Virus record (IMG/VR): IMGVR_UViG_3300028481_000016
Coordinates: 1 to 33,466 of that record
Length of the DNA stretch: 33,466 nt
Direction: 5' to 3' (one strand)
DNA from: a virus
The notes below the pieces were generated by a model. The model saw only the letters and a list, made by a program, of their open reading frames with translations, was not told the origin of the DNA and did no database searches. Positions within the stretch are counted from its first letter, which is position 1. Each line of letters starts with the position of its first letter. Shown here piece after piece: positions 25,453 through 33,336 of the stretch. The position numbers and the translations under genes are program-made.

Positions 25453-26424
25453 TCAATATTGAAAACCACTAACAAGTAAATCAGCAAAATATTGATCGTT
25501 AGAAAAATTATGAGTTGCATGTTCGACCAACATTAATTGTTGTAATATCAAATCACCAAGATCAAAATCACAATATACCGTTGCACCTGCTCTTAATCGT
25601 ATATCACCTAATGTATTTTTTATAGTCAACAAACGATTAGTTTTATTATATAAATTCAGCATAGTTTTAGCCTTATTAGTTGGATTTTCATTCTCATTTA
25701 ATTTTTCAGTTAATTGTAATATTCCCCATCTATCAACATTAAAATTATCTTGCTCTGGATAAAATTTACGCTGTTTTTCTATATCCTCATACAAAATAAT
25801 CTTGTTATATACTTCATTATCAATTGTAGTTTTATAATCAAAATTTTGTGTAGAATTACCATTAATAATTATATCATTTACAAGCAATGTATTTAAATCT
25901 ACTAATGACAATTTTCCTGCATCATCATATAAAGTAAATAACTTACCTGTATTTAAATAAGTCTCTGATATAGCAAACTGAATCATATCAATTAATGTTG
26001 TATTATCTTCTATTCTTGAAGATATCTTATACCCTGTATCTTGTATTTCCCCAGTAACTAAACCAAAATCAGAAGCTATCATTTTTACTAATTCAGAAGC
26101 AGTTTTATTCTCATATATATAAGTATGTTTATTTTTTAAATATCTCATCTGGTCATATGCTACAACTTTTATATGATGTTCTTTATCCCTTGACTTTTCA
26201 AAAACAAAACCTTTAAATATATCTTTTTGTTTATACCTAAATATTACTAAGCTCCCCTCATTAAACGAAACAAGATTATCTTTTATGACTGTAAACATTA
26301 ATTTGCTAGGCGAATCTTTTCTAAATGTTTCCCATATAATCTCATTTTTAACTATCGGAAAAAACATTTGCTTATCATAATTTTGTATATATAATTCAAG
26401 GTCAATAGACTTATTATCCAACAT
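25453..26424 (-). CDS. xkdQ: Baseplate hub / late control D protein (XkdQ-like)
   Basis: SPSKLMFTV, VAYDQMRYLKNK, LYDDAGKLSL and GDIRLRAG motifs. Confidence 0.9.
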   Translation of the reverse strand: MLDNKSIDLELYIQNYDKQMFFPIVKNEIIWETFRKDSPSKLMFTVIKDNLVSFNEGSLVIFRYKQKDIFKGFVFEKSRDKEHHIKVVAYDQMRYLKNKHTYIYENKTASELVKMIASDFGLVTGEIQDTGYKISSRIEDNTTLIDMIQFAISETYLNTGKLFTLYDDAGKLSLVDLNTLLVNDIIINGNSTQNFDYKTTIDNEVYNKIILYEDIEKQRKFYPEQDNFNVDRWGILQLTEKLNENENPTNKAKTMLNLYNKTNRLLTIKNTLGDIRLRAGATVYCDFDLGDLILQQLMLVEHATHNFSNDQYFADLLVSGFQY

Positions 26425-26451
26425 AAAAAAACACCACCGCTTATAAAACCG

Positions 26452-26856
26452 TTAAAATGGTAAATCAATGTTATCTAATTCTTTTAATTTATCATTATCT
26501 TCTTTTAAAAGTTCACTTAAATCTTTTTTATCGTCTTTTTTACTGTCAGCAAAATACTGTTCTTCCACAACAACTTCATTAACATAAACTTTTTCTTTTT
26601 TATCATTATCATAATTTCTAGTTTGTATTCTACCTATAACACCAAATAATCTACCTTTTTTCATATATTTTTCTGCAAACTCAGCGGACTTCCCAAAAGC
26701 AACACAATTTATAAAATCTGCTGATGGCTGTCCTTCTTTTTTAAACCGTCTATCTACCGCTAATGTATATCTAGCTATAGCTAACATATTCTCACTTTGT
26801 GTATATCTGACATCTGGATCTTTAGTTAAACGCCCAAGTAGTATTACTTTATTCAT
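26452..26856 (-). CDS. ssb: Single-stranded DNA-binding protein
   Basis: MNKVILLGRLTKDP, ADFINCVAFGK, acidic DLPF tail. Confidence 0.95.
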   Translation of the reverse strand: MNKVILLGRLTKDPDVRYTQSENMLAIARYTLAVDRRFKKEGQPSADFINCVAFGKSAEFAEKYMKKGRLFGVIGRIQTRNYDNDKKEKVYVNEVVVEEQYFADSKKDDKKDLSELLKEDNDKLKELDNIDLPF

Positions 26857-26875
26857 AATTTCCCCTCCATTTTAT

Positions 26876-27943
26876 CTATGCAGGTGACAAAGAATTTAAT
26901 GCAACAATATTATTTGCTTGTGCCTGATAATTTTCTGCCACATTGTTTATCTCTGTATCTGCAACATCTATTATACCAGAAACATTTAATAAATGTGTTT
27001 CAATTTGAGAAATTCTGACTATAATATTATTTTGGTTTTCCCAATCTGAATTCAATTCAAGCAAATATTGATTTATCGTCTGTTCCGCTAAATCTTTCAC
27101 ATCTTCCCATACATAACCATCTTGCAAAGTTATTTCTGATACTATATTGATATCTTCTACTCCTACTCCTGCGACTGTTACGACATGTCCTATTGGTGCA
27201 ATTCCTAACCCAGTACCGCTATTTTGTATCGGATCAATTATTGTTTGTACCTGATCAATCAATGTCAAACTCGGCTGTTGAAATAATGAATTTTGTATCA
27301 CCAATTTTACTGTTCCGCCACCATTCCAAACAGGATAAACTTTAACACCACCAACACCATCTATCGATTTTGTTTTATATTTATAATCAATTACATTCCC
27401 ACCAAATGCTTCTGTCTGTACGCTTAAAAAATATCTTTTTCTAAAATCTTCAGTGCTTTCTTCATCTTCTCCTGGTATTAATATTTCAGTTATTTCGGCA
27501 TATTCTAACCCTTGAATATAATTAATTGGTATTAATTGTCCTAAAACATAAGAAGGCTCTGCTCCTGTCTCTTCACATTGTAATTTATAATTCTCATCAC
27601 TTATTTTTTCAGTAACAATATAATTAAATTTATCAAGAGAAAATCTTTCTCCAATACTCAATTCCAAACTTGACGGTGTTATTTCTGCTTTAACTATACA
27701 ATGTGTAGCAGGATAAGGTGTTATCCCCCTTTCTTCTGCTCTTTTTATTAAGTATTCTCTTGAAGCGGTATCAGCAAACGTTTCATTTAATATTACATCC
27801 AAATTTATATACATATTTTGTAATTCGACAGCAGCAGGTGCTAATGCGTTATATACAATAGAACCCTGTCTTTTATCAATTGTATCTGGTACTCTTGCCA
27901 ACATCGCATTTAATATCACTTCAAAAGTATATTCTTCAAACAT
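26876..27943 (-). CDS. xkdT: Baseplate J protein (XkdT-like)
   Basis: MFEEYTFE, DKRQGSIVYNALAP, FGGNVIDY, WNGGGTVK and APIGHVVTV motifs. Confidence 0.93.
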   Translation of the reverse strand: MFEEYTFEVILNAMLARVPDTIDKRQGSIVYNALAPAAVELQNMYINLDVILNETFADTASREYLIKRAEERGITPYPATHCIVKAEITPSSLELSIGERFSLDKFNYIVTEKISDENYKLQCEETGAEPSYVLGQLIPINYIQGLEYAEITEILIPGEDEESTEDFRKRYFLSVQTEAFGGNVIDYKYKTKSIDGVGGVKVYPVWNGGGTVKLVIQNSLFQQPSLTLIDQVQTIIDPIQNSGTGLGIAPIGHVVTVAGVGVEDINIVSEITLQDGYVWEDVKDLAEQTINQYLLELNSDWENQNNIIVRISQIETHLLNVSGIIDVADTEINNVAENYQAQANNIVALNSLSPA

Positions 27944-27980
27944 TTTTATCACCTTTAAAATTATAACAATCTTATAACAC

Positions 27981-28018
27981 AAAAAAAAGATGGCTATTTG
28001 GGGAACCATCTTTTTTTT
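27981..28018. terminator. Bidirectional hairpin terminator
   Basis: AAAAAAAAGATGG-loop-CCATCTTTTTTTT. Confidence 0.75.
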
Positions 28019-28137
28019 AGCTTAGGTTTAAAATTTGTTAGATTCACAAAATGATTTTTATATACCATGCGGTCACCCGCTTTTTTAATATATCAATTAT
28101 AACATAAGCACATATTAAAAATTTTTACCATTAGGTT

Positions 28138-28184
28138 AAAAAAAGCAGTGGCAAATGCTGAGACAAACACCACTGCAAAAAAAA
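28138..28184. terminator. Hairpin terminator (T-tract on the minus strand)
   Basis: A-tract, GCAGTGG..CCACTGC, A-tract. Confidence 0.65.
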
Positions 28185-28229
28185 TAAAAGGTAATACTTT
28201 TGGATATTTTTTTGGAAGGAGATGATAAT

Positions 28230-28295
28230 ATGTTTTTATGTTTATTGTTGCTGTTGGTTATCCTTTTTTATTCTAAAACAGTGTACAAGATATAG
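28230..28295 (+). CDS. Possible 21-aa hydrophobic peptide (MFLCLLLLLVILFYSKTVYKI)
   Basis: GAAGGAG RBS; TM-like stretch with basic C-terminal residues. Confidence 0.35.
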   Translation: MFLCLLLLLVILFYSKTVYKI

Positions 28296-28336
28296 AATGA
28301 CATATATTTTTATATGAAATCTCAAAAAAATGTCAT

Positions 28337-28445
28337 TTGAACTTCTCATGACTAAAGCCACGAGATTCTTGGGAACTCTTTTCTACTAAAAAGATATTTA
28401 CCAAGCTATCTCGGCAGTTCCTGCCGTTATTGTTTATATTTACTA
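28337..28445 (-). ncRNA. omegaRNA scaffold / right end of tnpB copy 2
   Basis: Homologous to 23563-23670 and ends GAGAAGTTCAA; predicted guide 28317-28336. Confidence 0.75.
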
Positions 28446-29546
28446 TGCTGCATTTAATATTCTAAGTCCTTCATCAAGAATATTCTTTGCAGCATTGATA
28501 TCTCTATCATGATGTGTATTACAGTGAGGACAATACCATTCTCTTACTGAAAGATTTTTAGTATCTTTATTTACATATCCACATACGTTACAAATCTGAC
28601 TACTTGCATAGAATTTATCTATTTTAACAACCTTTTTCCCATACCAATTTGCTTTGTATTGAAGTTGTCTTACAAATTTTGACCAAGATACGTCTGCAAT
28701 AGATTGTGCAAGTTTATGATTTTTAATCATATTTTTTATTCGCAAATCTTCCATACAAACTACATCATTATTTCTGATAATTTCAGTAGATAGTTTCTGT
28801 AAAAAATCTTTCCTTTGATTTACAATATGTTCTTGAAGCCTCGCAACTTTAATTCTTGCTTTATTACGATTTGAACTACCTTTTGATTTTCGAGATAATT
28901 CTTTTTGTAATTTGACAAGTTTCTTTAGAGACTTCTTTAAATAATGTGGATTTGATATTATATCGCCATTGCTTGTAATACAAAATTCCTTTATACCTAA
29001 ATCAATACCAATACTATTATCTGTTTTGTCTAATGACTGAATATCAACATCAGTGCAACACAGTGATATATAATATTTTCCACTTGGCTCTTGTGATATT
29101 GTTGCGTTAAGTATTCTTCCTTGTGGTGTTAACTTGTTTTTCGTTTTAACCATTCCAACTTTAGGTATCTTTATATACTTCCAACAATACTGAATATTTC
29201 CATTTACACATTTTGACTTATATGAAAATCTATGCGTTTTCTTTGATTTGAATTTTGGATAACCAGAATGTTCTTTAAAGAATTTTTGATATGCTTTATC
29301 CAAATCTCTAAGTGATGATTGAAGAGCTGTAGAATCAACTTCTTTGAGCCATTCCAGTTCTGATTTGAGCTGTTTCATATCATTGCACATTGAAACATAT
29401 GAGAATGTTGTTTGACTTTGCTTATACATTTTGATTCTTTTAGCAAGATATTGATTGTATACAAAACGGCAACATCCAAATGTTTTAGACATTATTTCTT
29501 TCTGTTTCTTATTTGGATATATTCTGTATTTATAAGCCTTTTCCAC
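28443..29546 (-). CDS. tnpB: TnpB RNA-guided endonuclease, copy 2
   Basis: GIDLG, MEDL and [10 protein letters not shown] intact; close paralog of copy 1; its RBS overlaps the rep2 stop. Confidence 0.95.
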   Translation of the reverse strand: MEKAYKYRIYPNKKQKEIMSKTFGCCRFVYNQYLAKRIKMYKQSQTTFSYVSMCNDMKQLKSELEWLKEVDSTALQSSLRDLDKAYQKFFKEHSGYPKFKSKKTHRFSYKSKCVNGNIQYCWKYIKIPKVGMVKTKNKLTPQGRILNATISQEPSGKYYISLCCTDVDIQSLDKTDNSIGIDLGIKEFCITSNGDIISNPHYLKKSLKKLVKLQKELSRKSKGSSNRNKARIKVARLQEHIVNQRKDFLQKLSTEIIRNNDVVCMEDLRIKNMIKNHKLAQSIADVSWSKFVRQLQYKANWYGKKVVKIDKFYASSQICNVCGYVNKDTKNLSVREWYCPHCNTHHDRDINAAKNILDEGLRILNAA

Positions 29547-29552
29547 ATTTTT

Positions 29553-30608
29553 TCACCTCTTCAAAATCTCCTTAGGCAATTTATTTATATCGTCGTCTTC
29601 ATCATCATCTTCGCCAGTCTTATCAATAATTTTTCTTAAAGCGTCAAAATCCCATTGTTTATACTCGAAAGCAGGGAGACCAGGTTTTTTTCTAGGAGTA
29701 TTATAGGGTTTATTAACCCTTTCTTTTAAAACCTTCTTTTTAGAGTAATTGTATTTATATTGTGTGGTAGTGGTAGTTTCATTTAAATTCTCTATTTGTT
29801 TTTGTGGTTGCGTTATATTTTCTGTTTTGTTGGTTGTATCTATAATATTTTTTTGCTGTTTTGTTAGTTTTTTAGGGGATTCGGACAAATCAAATAGGAT
29901 TGATGTTACAGTACGACCTGTTTTGATTGTTTTATATTTGAACTTATAGTTTATTTTTTTTGCAAGTTCCTTTTGTGCTTTTTTAAGAATAAGATCATTA
30001 AAATGTCTAAAGTCATCATATGTTTCTTCTTTGTCACACCGTAAAACTTTTTTCAGATTTTCTACTTTCACTTCAAATGTATTTCTAAAACGATTGAGAG
30101 CTAAAAAAAGGAATAACATGTAATCACATTGTCGTTTTAAAGATATTGAATAGTTTAATTCATATGGGATATAGCCTTTTTTTTGTACGTTAAATATATA
30201 TTCCATTGCTTTTGCACTACATATCATTTTAATTTGTTGAACCCCAGAAGTATTTTCAGGATGGTCTGTTGCCTGGAGAGAGGCTGCCTCCATTAAGTTG
30301 AGCCAAACTTTAACACATTTACCGTTTATTTTATCTTCAATCTGAACTTTATTATTCATAAGTTGGTCTAGTGCAGGTTCGAGTTTTTCTTTTCGGATTC
30401 TCTTTACCCCAAATATTTTTTCAAGCAGACTCTTAGGAAAAACCACACATTTTGTTTCAGGATTACCCATATTTATTTTAGACAAATAGACATCAAAAAT
30501 TTTTAAAGCATATGATGACAAATTAGAACACCATAAAGCAAATAATGGTCTACTTTTGTTTATAATTGCCATTATATCACTACCAACCTTTTTGTTTTTT
30601 TCGATCAT
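29553..30608 (-). CDS. repB: Rep_3 plasmid replication initiator 2 with a low-complexity C-terminal extension
   Basis: KSRPLFALWCSNL..KIFDVYLSKIN, FRHFNDLILKKAQKEL and KTGRTVTSILF motifs; start may be the second Met. Confidence 0.88.
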   Translation of the reverse strand: MIEKNKKVGSDIMAIINKSRPLFALWCSNLSSYALKIFDVYLSKINMGNPETKCVVFPKSLLEKIFGVKRIRKEKLEPALDQLMNNKVQIEDKINGKCVKVWLNLMEAASLQATDHPENTSGVQQIKMICSAKAMEYIFNVQKKGYIPYELNYSISLKRQCDYMLFLFLALNRFRNTFEVKVENLKKVLRCDKEETYDDFRHFNDLILKKAQKELAKKINYKFKYKTIKTGRTVTSILFDLSESPKKLTKQQKNIIDTTNKTENITQPQKQIENLNETTTTTQYKYNYSKKKVLKERVNKPYNTPRKKPGLPAFEYKQWDFDALRKIIDKTGEDDDEDDDINKLPKEILKR

Positions 30609-30644
30609 AACAAATTCAAACCCTTTTTATTTTTTTTCATACAA

Positions 30645-30673
30645 ATAATAGCACAAAGAAAATAAAAAGTCAA
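30645..30673 (-). promoter_or_regulatory. rep2 promoter
   Basis: TTGACT, 17-nt spacer, TATTAT; near-inverted copy of the promoter at 31076. Confidence 0.75.
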
Positions 30674-30752
30674 TACATATTTTATTTATTTTACTTATAT
30701 GTAAATTAAGCCTTACAAAATCTTAATTACATAGTGAAAAAATTATTTTTAA

Positions 30753-31010
30753 TAAAGAAATACAATGTGGTTTTTAGTAAAGAAATACAATGTGGTTTTT
30801 AAAATATGAGTGGATTTTTTTATGACATATAGTGGATTTTTTTATGACATATAGTGGATTTTTTTATGACATATAGTGGATTTTTTTATGACATATTTTC
30901 TCGAAAGTCCGCTTAGTGTGGGGGCTTTCAGCCCCCCTTAATTCTTTTAAGAAAACCTTAATTATATATAAACGCGCGCGCGCGCGCGCGTACGTAAATA
31001 TATATATATA
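30753..31010. promoter_or_regulatory. Replication origin module 2: 2 x 25-bp repeats, 4 x 22-bp iterons, (CG)n/(TA)n tract
   Basis: TAAAGAAATACAATGTGGTTTTTA at 30753 and 30778. AGTGGATTTTTTTATGACATAT at 30809, 30831, 30853 and 30875. CG run 30973-30990. Confidence 0.88.
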
Positions 31011-31142
31011 CGTATATTAATTAATATATATATAGAGAAATGTAGTATTTAATTCACATAAAAACAAAATTTATATTGACTTTTTATTTTTCTTGTGTTA
31101 TATTTCATATGCAAAAAAAATAAAATAAAAGGAGTGGTAAAT

Positions 31143-31658
31143 ATGGAATGCCATAACAACAATAATATTAGAACAATTAATTTTAAGGACGCATTTGGGG
31201 AAAACAGTAATATTTACGATGTATTTGGTGATTTATTGTCAATTGAGGAAGAAGGACCAACATATGAGATACCAATACAACCATTAGAACCAGAACGTGA
31301 TTGCAGTGCGTTAATGGCAGAAACCATGAAAAACAGAAAAACAAATTTTCAACACCTAGTTAAACAAGCAGAAAAAGAAGGATTATATGGTATTGAAAAA
31401 TTTATCAATGATTGGGCAAAAGAAGCATATGTTTTATATGACACACAAGAAACACAAAAATACGATGGAGTTAATATTGATCCAAACTTACAAAAAGGAA
31501 TAGACGATATAGCAAGAAATTTGTTGGAGTGCGATAATAATACAGATGGGCTTGCTGTCCCATGCGGAAGTATTATTGAGCATGGAATTATTGCGAAATT
31601 ATATAAGCGTAGATATGAAGTATTACTTGAAGACAAAGCGAAAGAATACGGATTTTAA
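31143..31658 (+). CDS. Acidic hypothetical protein
   Basis: Promoter TTGACT-17-TATATT (31076-31104); AAGGAG RBS. Confidence 0.75.
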   Translation: MECHNNNNIRTINFKDAFGENSNIYDVFGDLLSIEEEGPTYEIPIQPLEPERDCSALMAETMKNRKTNFQHLVKQAEKEGLYGIEKFINDWAKEAYVLYDTQETQKYDGVNIDPNLQKGIDDIARNLLECDNNTDGLAVPCGSIIEHGIIAKLYKRRYEVLLEDKAKEYGF

Positions 31659-31666
31659 AAAAAGTG

Positions 31667-31918
31667 GTGAGGAAATAGGGGGACCTAAGTGAGGAAATAG
31701 GGGGACCTATCTCTCTTTAATCCTCCTTGTTAAGGACAGTTTCAGGCTCCTATAATCAAGATATATAATCAAGATATATAAATATATATATAAACGCGCG
31801 CGCGCGTACGTAAATATATATATAATATACGTATATAATATATATAGATAGATGTAATGTTTAATTTACATATTAAAATAATATTTGTATTGACTTTTAA
31901 TTTTTCTTGTGTTATAGT
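31667..31918. promoter_or_regulatory. Third origin-like module with no rep gene
   Basis: 2 x 22-bp GTGAGGAAATAGGGGGACCTA (31667, 31689); 2 x 13-bp TATAATCAAGATA (31751, 31764); CG run 31795-31806; promoter TTGACT-17-TATAGT (31890-31918). Confidence 0.65.
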
Positions 31919-32221
31919 TTGTACGTAAAAAAACAAAAAAATGGGGGTGGGAAAAAAAATGGCAGAACAACTAAAAGAAATGATGGCAACAGTATAACTA
32001 ATTACATAATAAAAAAACTCTAAACGATACAAATGATATATTTTTTTAATAGTAATAGCTTTAAATAAATTTTATGACGTCTAGCGCAAAAAATAAGAAA
32101 GTTTTAATATAAAAGGCATAAAATTATATGTATAAAAAAATAAATTGATTCTAAAACGTTTTAGAGGCTAATAATTACACTATAAAAAAACTCTATTGCA
32201 TAAGGTTTAAAAAAATGACTA

Positions 32222-32659
32222 TTATTTGATAAATAGCCATTTATTTTTTCTTGTTATATTTAACGCGGTGGTTGTTAATTTTGTTTTTACTGTTTGTATA
32301 TTTATTTTACATTGTGCATTTTTTGTCATCAATATTCTTAATTTTTCTATCCACTCCTTGCTTAGATCCTCATTGTTTATTAAAACGTTGTAATACATAT
32401 CATTTGTTATAAATTGCTTGTATATATTCGGTATTTTTATTGTTATTTGGTTGTATTTTTCTGTTAATGTGTCGAATTTTTTTTTTAGTTTTGTGTATTC
32501 GGTAAAAACTTCTTTGCCTTCTTGTGGCATTGTATATAGTTTATTAAACTCTTTTATTTCTTCTTTTATATTTTTAAATTGTTGCGTGTAATAGTCGATA
32601 TCTTTAAACACTTTATTAAAACCATCTTCATATTTTATTTTTAAAACTTCTTCATTCAT
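32222..32659 (-). CDS. Hypothetical coiled-coil protein
   Basis: ORF overlaps the stop of 32656-33078. Confidence 0.65.
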   Translation of the reverse strand: MNEEVLKIKYEDGFNKVFKDIDYYTQQFKNIKEEIKEFNKLYTMPQEGKEVFTEYTKLKKKFDTLTEKYNQITIKIPNIYKQFITNDMYYNVLINNEDLSKEWIEKLRILMTKNAQCKINIQTVKTKLTTTALNITRKNKWLFIK

Positions 32660-33078
32660 TTTACAATCCTCTTATTTTGCATATCTATTAATCCCAGAAT
32701 TATTTTTGTTCCGTCTGTATTCTCGTGCCATATTATCAATGGATTATTTTTTTCTTGTATTTCTATAATATCAATGTACCAATTTTTTATTTCTTCGTCC
32801 CAGTCGTCATAATCATTCGATAGGTCATAGCAAAAAAGCGGGTTACAGTGTTCTAATTCTTTCGTCCATATTTTAATATATTCTTCATATTTCTTTTTTT
32901 CGTTTTCTTCTAGTTCATCTAGAGTTCCAGACAGAGAAAAAGTATATTCGATTTTCTCGTTTATATTTGTTTCTTCTCCGCTTATATCTGGTGTGTCAAT
33001 TTTGTGTTCATCCTCCCAAATATTATTTGCAATTTTTCTAAACTTCTTAAAATAAAAATCTTTCATATACTCAGACAT
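32656..33078 (-). CDS. Acidic hypothetical protein
   Basis: AAGGAG RBS; promoter TTGACA-17-TATTAT at 33296-33268. Confidence 0.75.
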   Translation of the reverse strand: MSEYMKDFYFKKFRKIANNIWEDEHKIDTPDISGEETNINEKIEYTFSLSGTLDELEENEKKKYEEYIKIWTKELEHCNPLFCYDLSNDYDDWDEEIKNWYIDIIEIQEKNNPLIIWHENTDGTKIILGLIDMQNKRIVK

Positions 33079-33142
33079 GATAATTATCTCCTTAAAAAAT
33101 TATTTGCCCTTGACAATATTTTTTTTTGTGAGATAATGACCA

Positions 33143-33219
33143 TCTAAAAATTTATTACCAATATTTTTTTAGACAGTCGGTTTGTAAATTGTTCTCAGCA
33201 ATTTATAAACCTTTTTTTT
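33143..33219 (+). ncRNA. Candidate antisense sRNA against the leader of 32656-33078
   Basis: TTGACA (33110-33115), 16-nt spacer, GATAAT. Hairpin 33143-33173. Terminator 33179-33211 followed by T9. Confidence 0.6.
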
Positions 33220-33336
33220 TATCTCGTAAGATTTATTTCGGGCATTTAAAATAAATCTTATAATTATATAATATCACAAAAAAAACCGCTTGTCAAGAGG
33301 TAAAACGATTTTTTTTTTAATATTTTGAAAGAAAAA

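Noticed and set aside
4604-27943. Tailocin or gene transfer agent
   Set aside because: The element has capsid, portal and terminase plus its own replication initiators and origins, and no host chromosomal flanks. Helper dependence cannot be excluded.
28317-28336. TnpB2 guide targeting ori2 iterons (shared ATGACAT)
   Set aside because: Only 7 nt match, which is expected by chance in this AT-rich sequence.
23666-29546. Nuclease-dead TnpB-derived regulators (TldR-like)
   Set aside because: All three RuvC acidic residues are present in both copies.
30809-30896. 22-bp repeats (also 17952-18020 and 31667-31709) as a CRISPR array
   Set aside because: They are head-to-tail with no unique spacers, lie next to Rep_3 genes, and there are no cas genes. 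They fit iterons.
351-31636. Shadow ORFs in the track (e.g. 351-551, 1571-1876, 3200-3552, 9917-10207, 16148-16923, 20786-21133, 22106-22399, 24072-24416, 29749-29949, 31349-31636, 31769-32032)
   Set aside because: They overlap well-supported genes or origin repeats on the opposite strand or frame, lack RBSs, and have no recognisable motifs.
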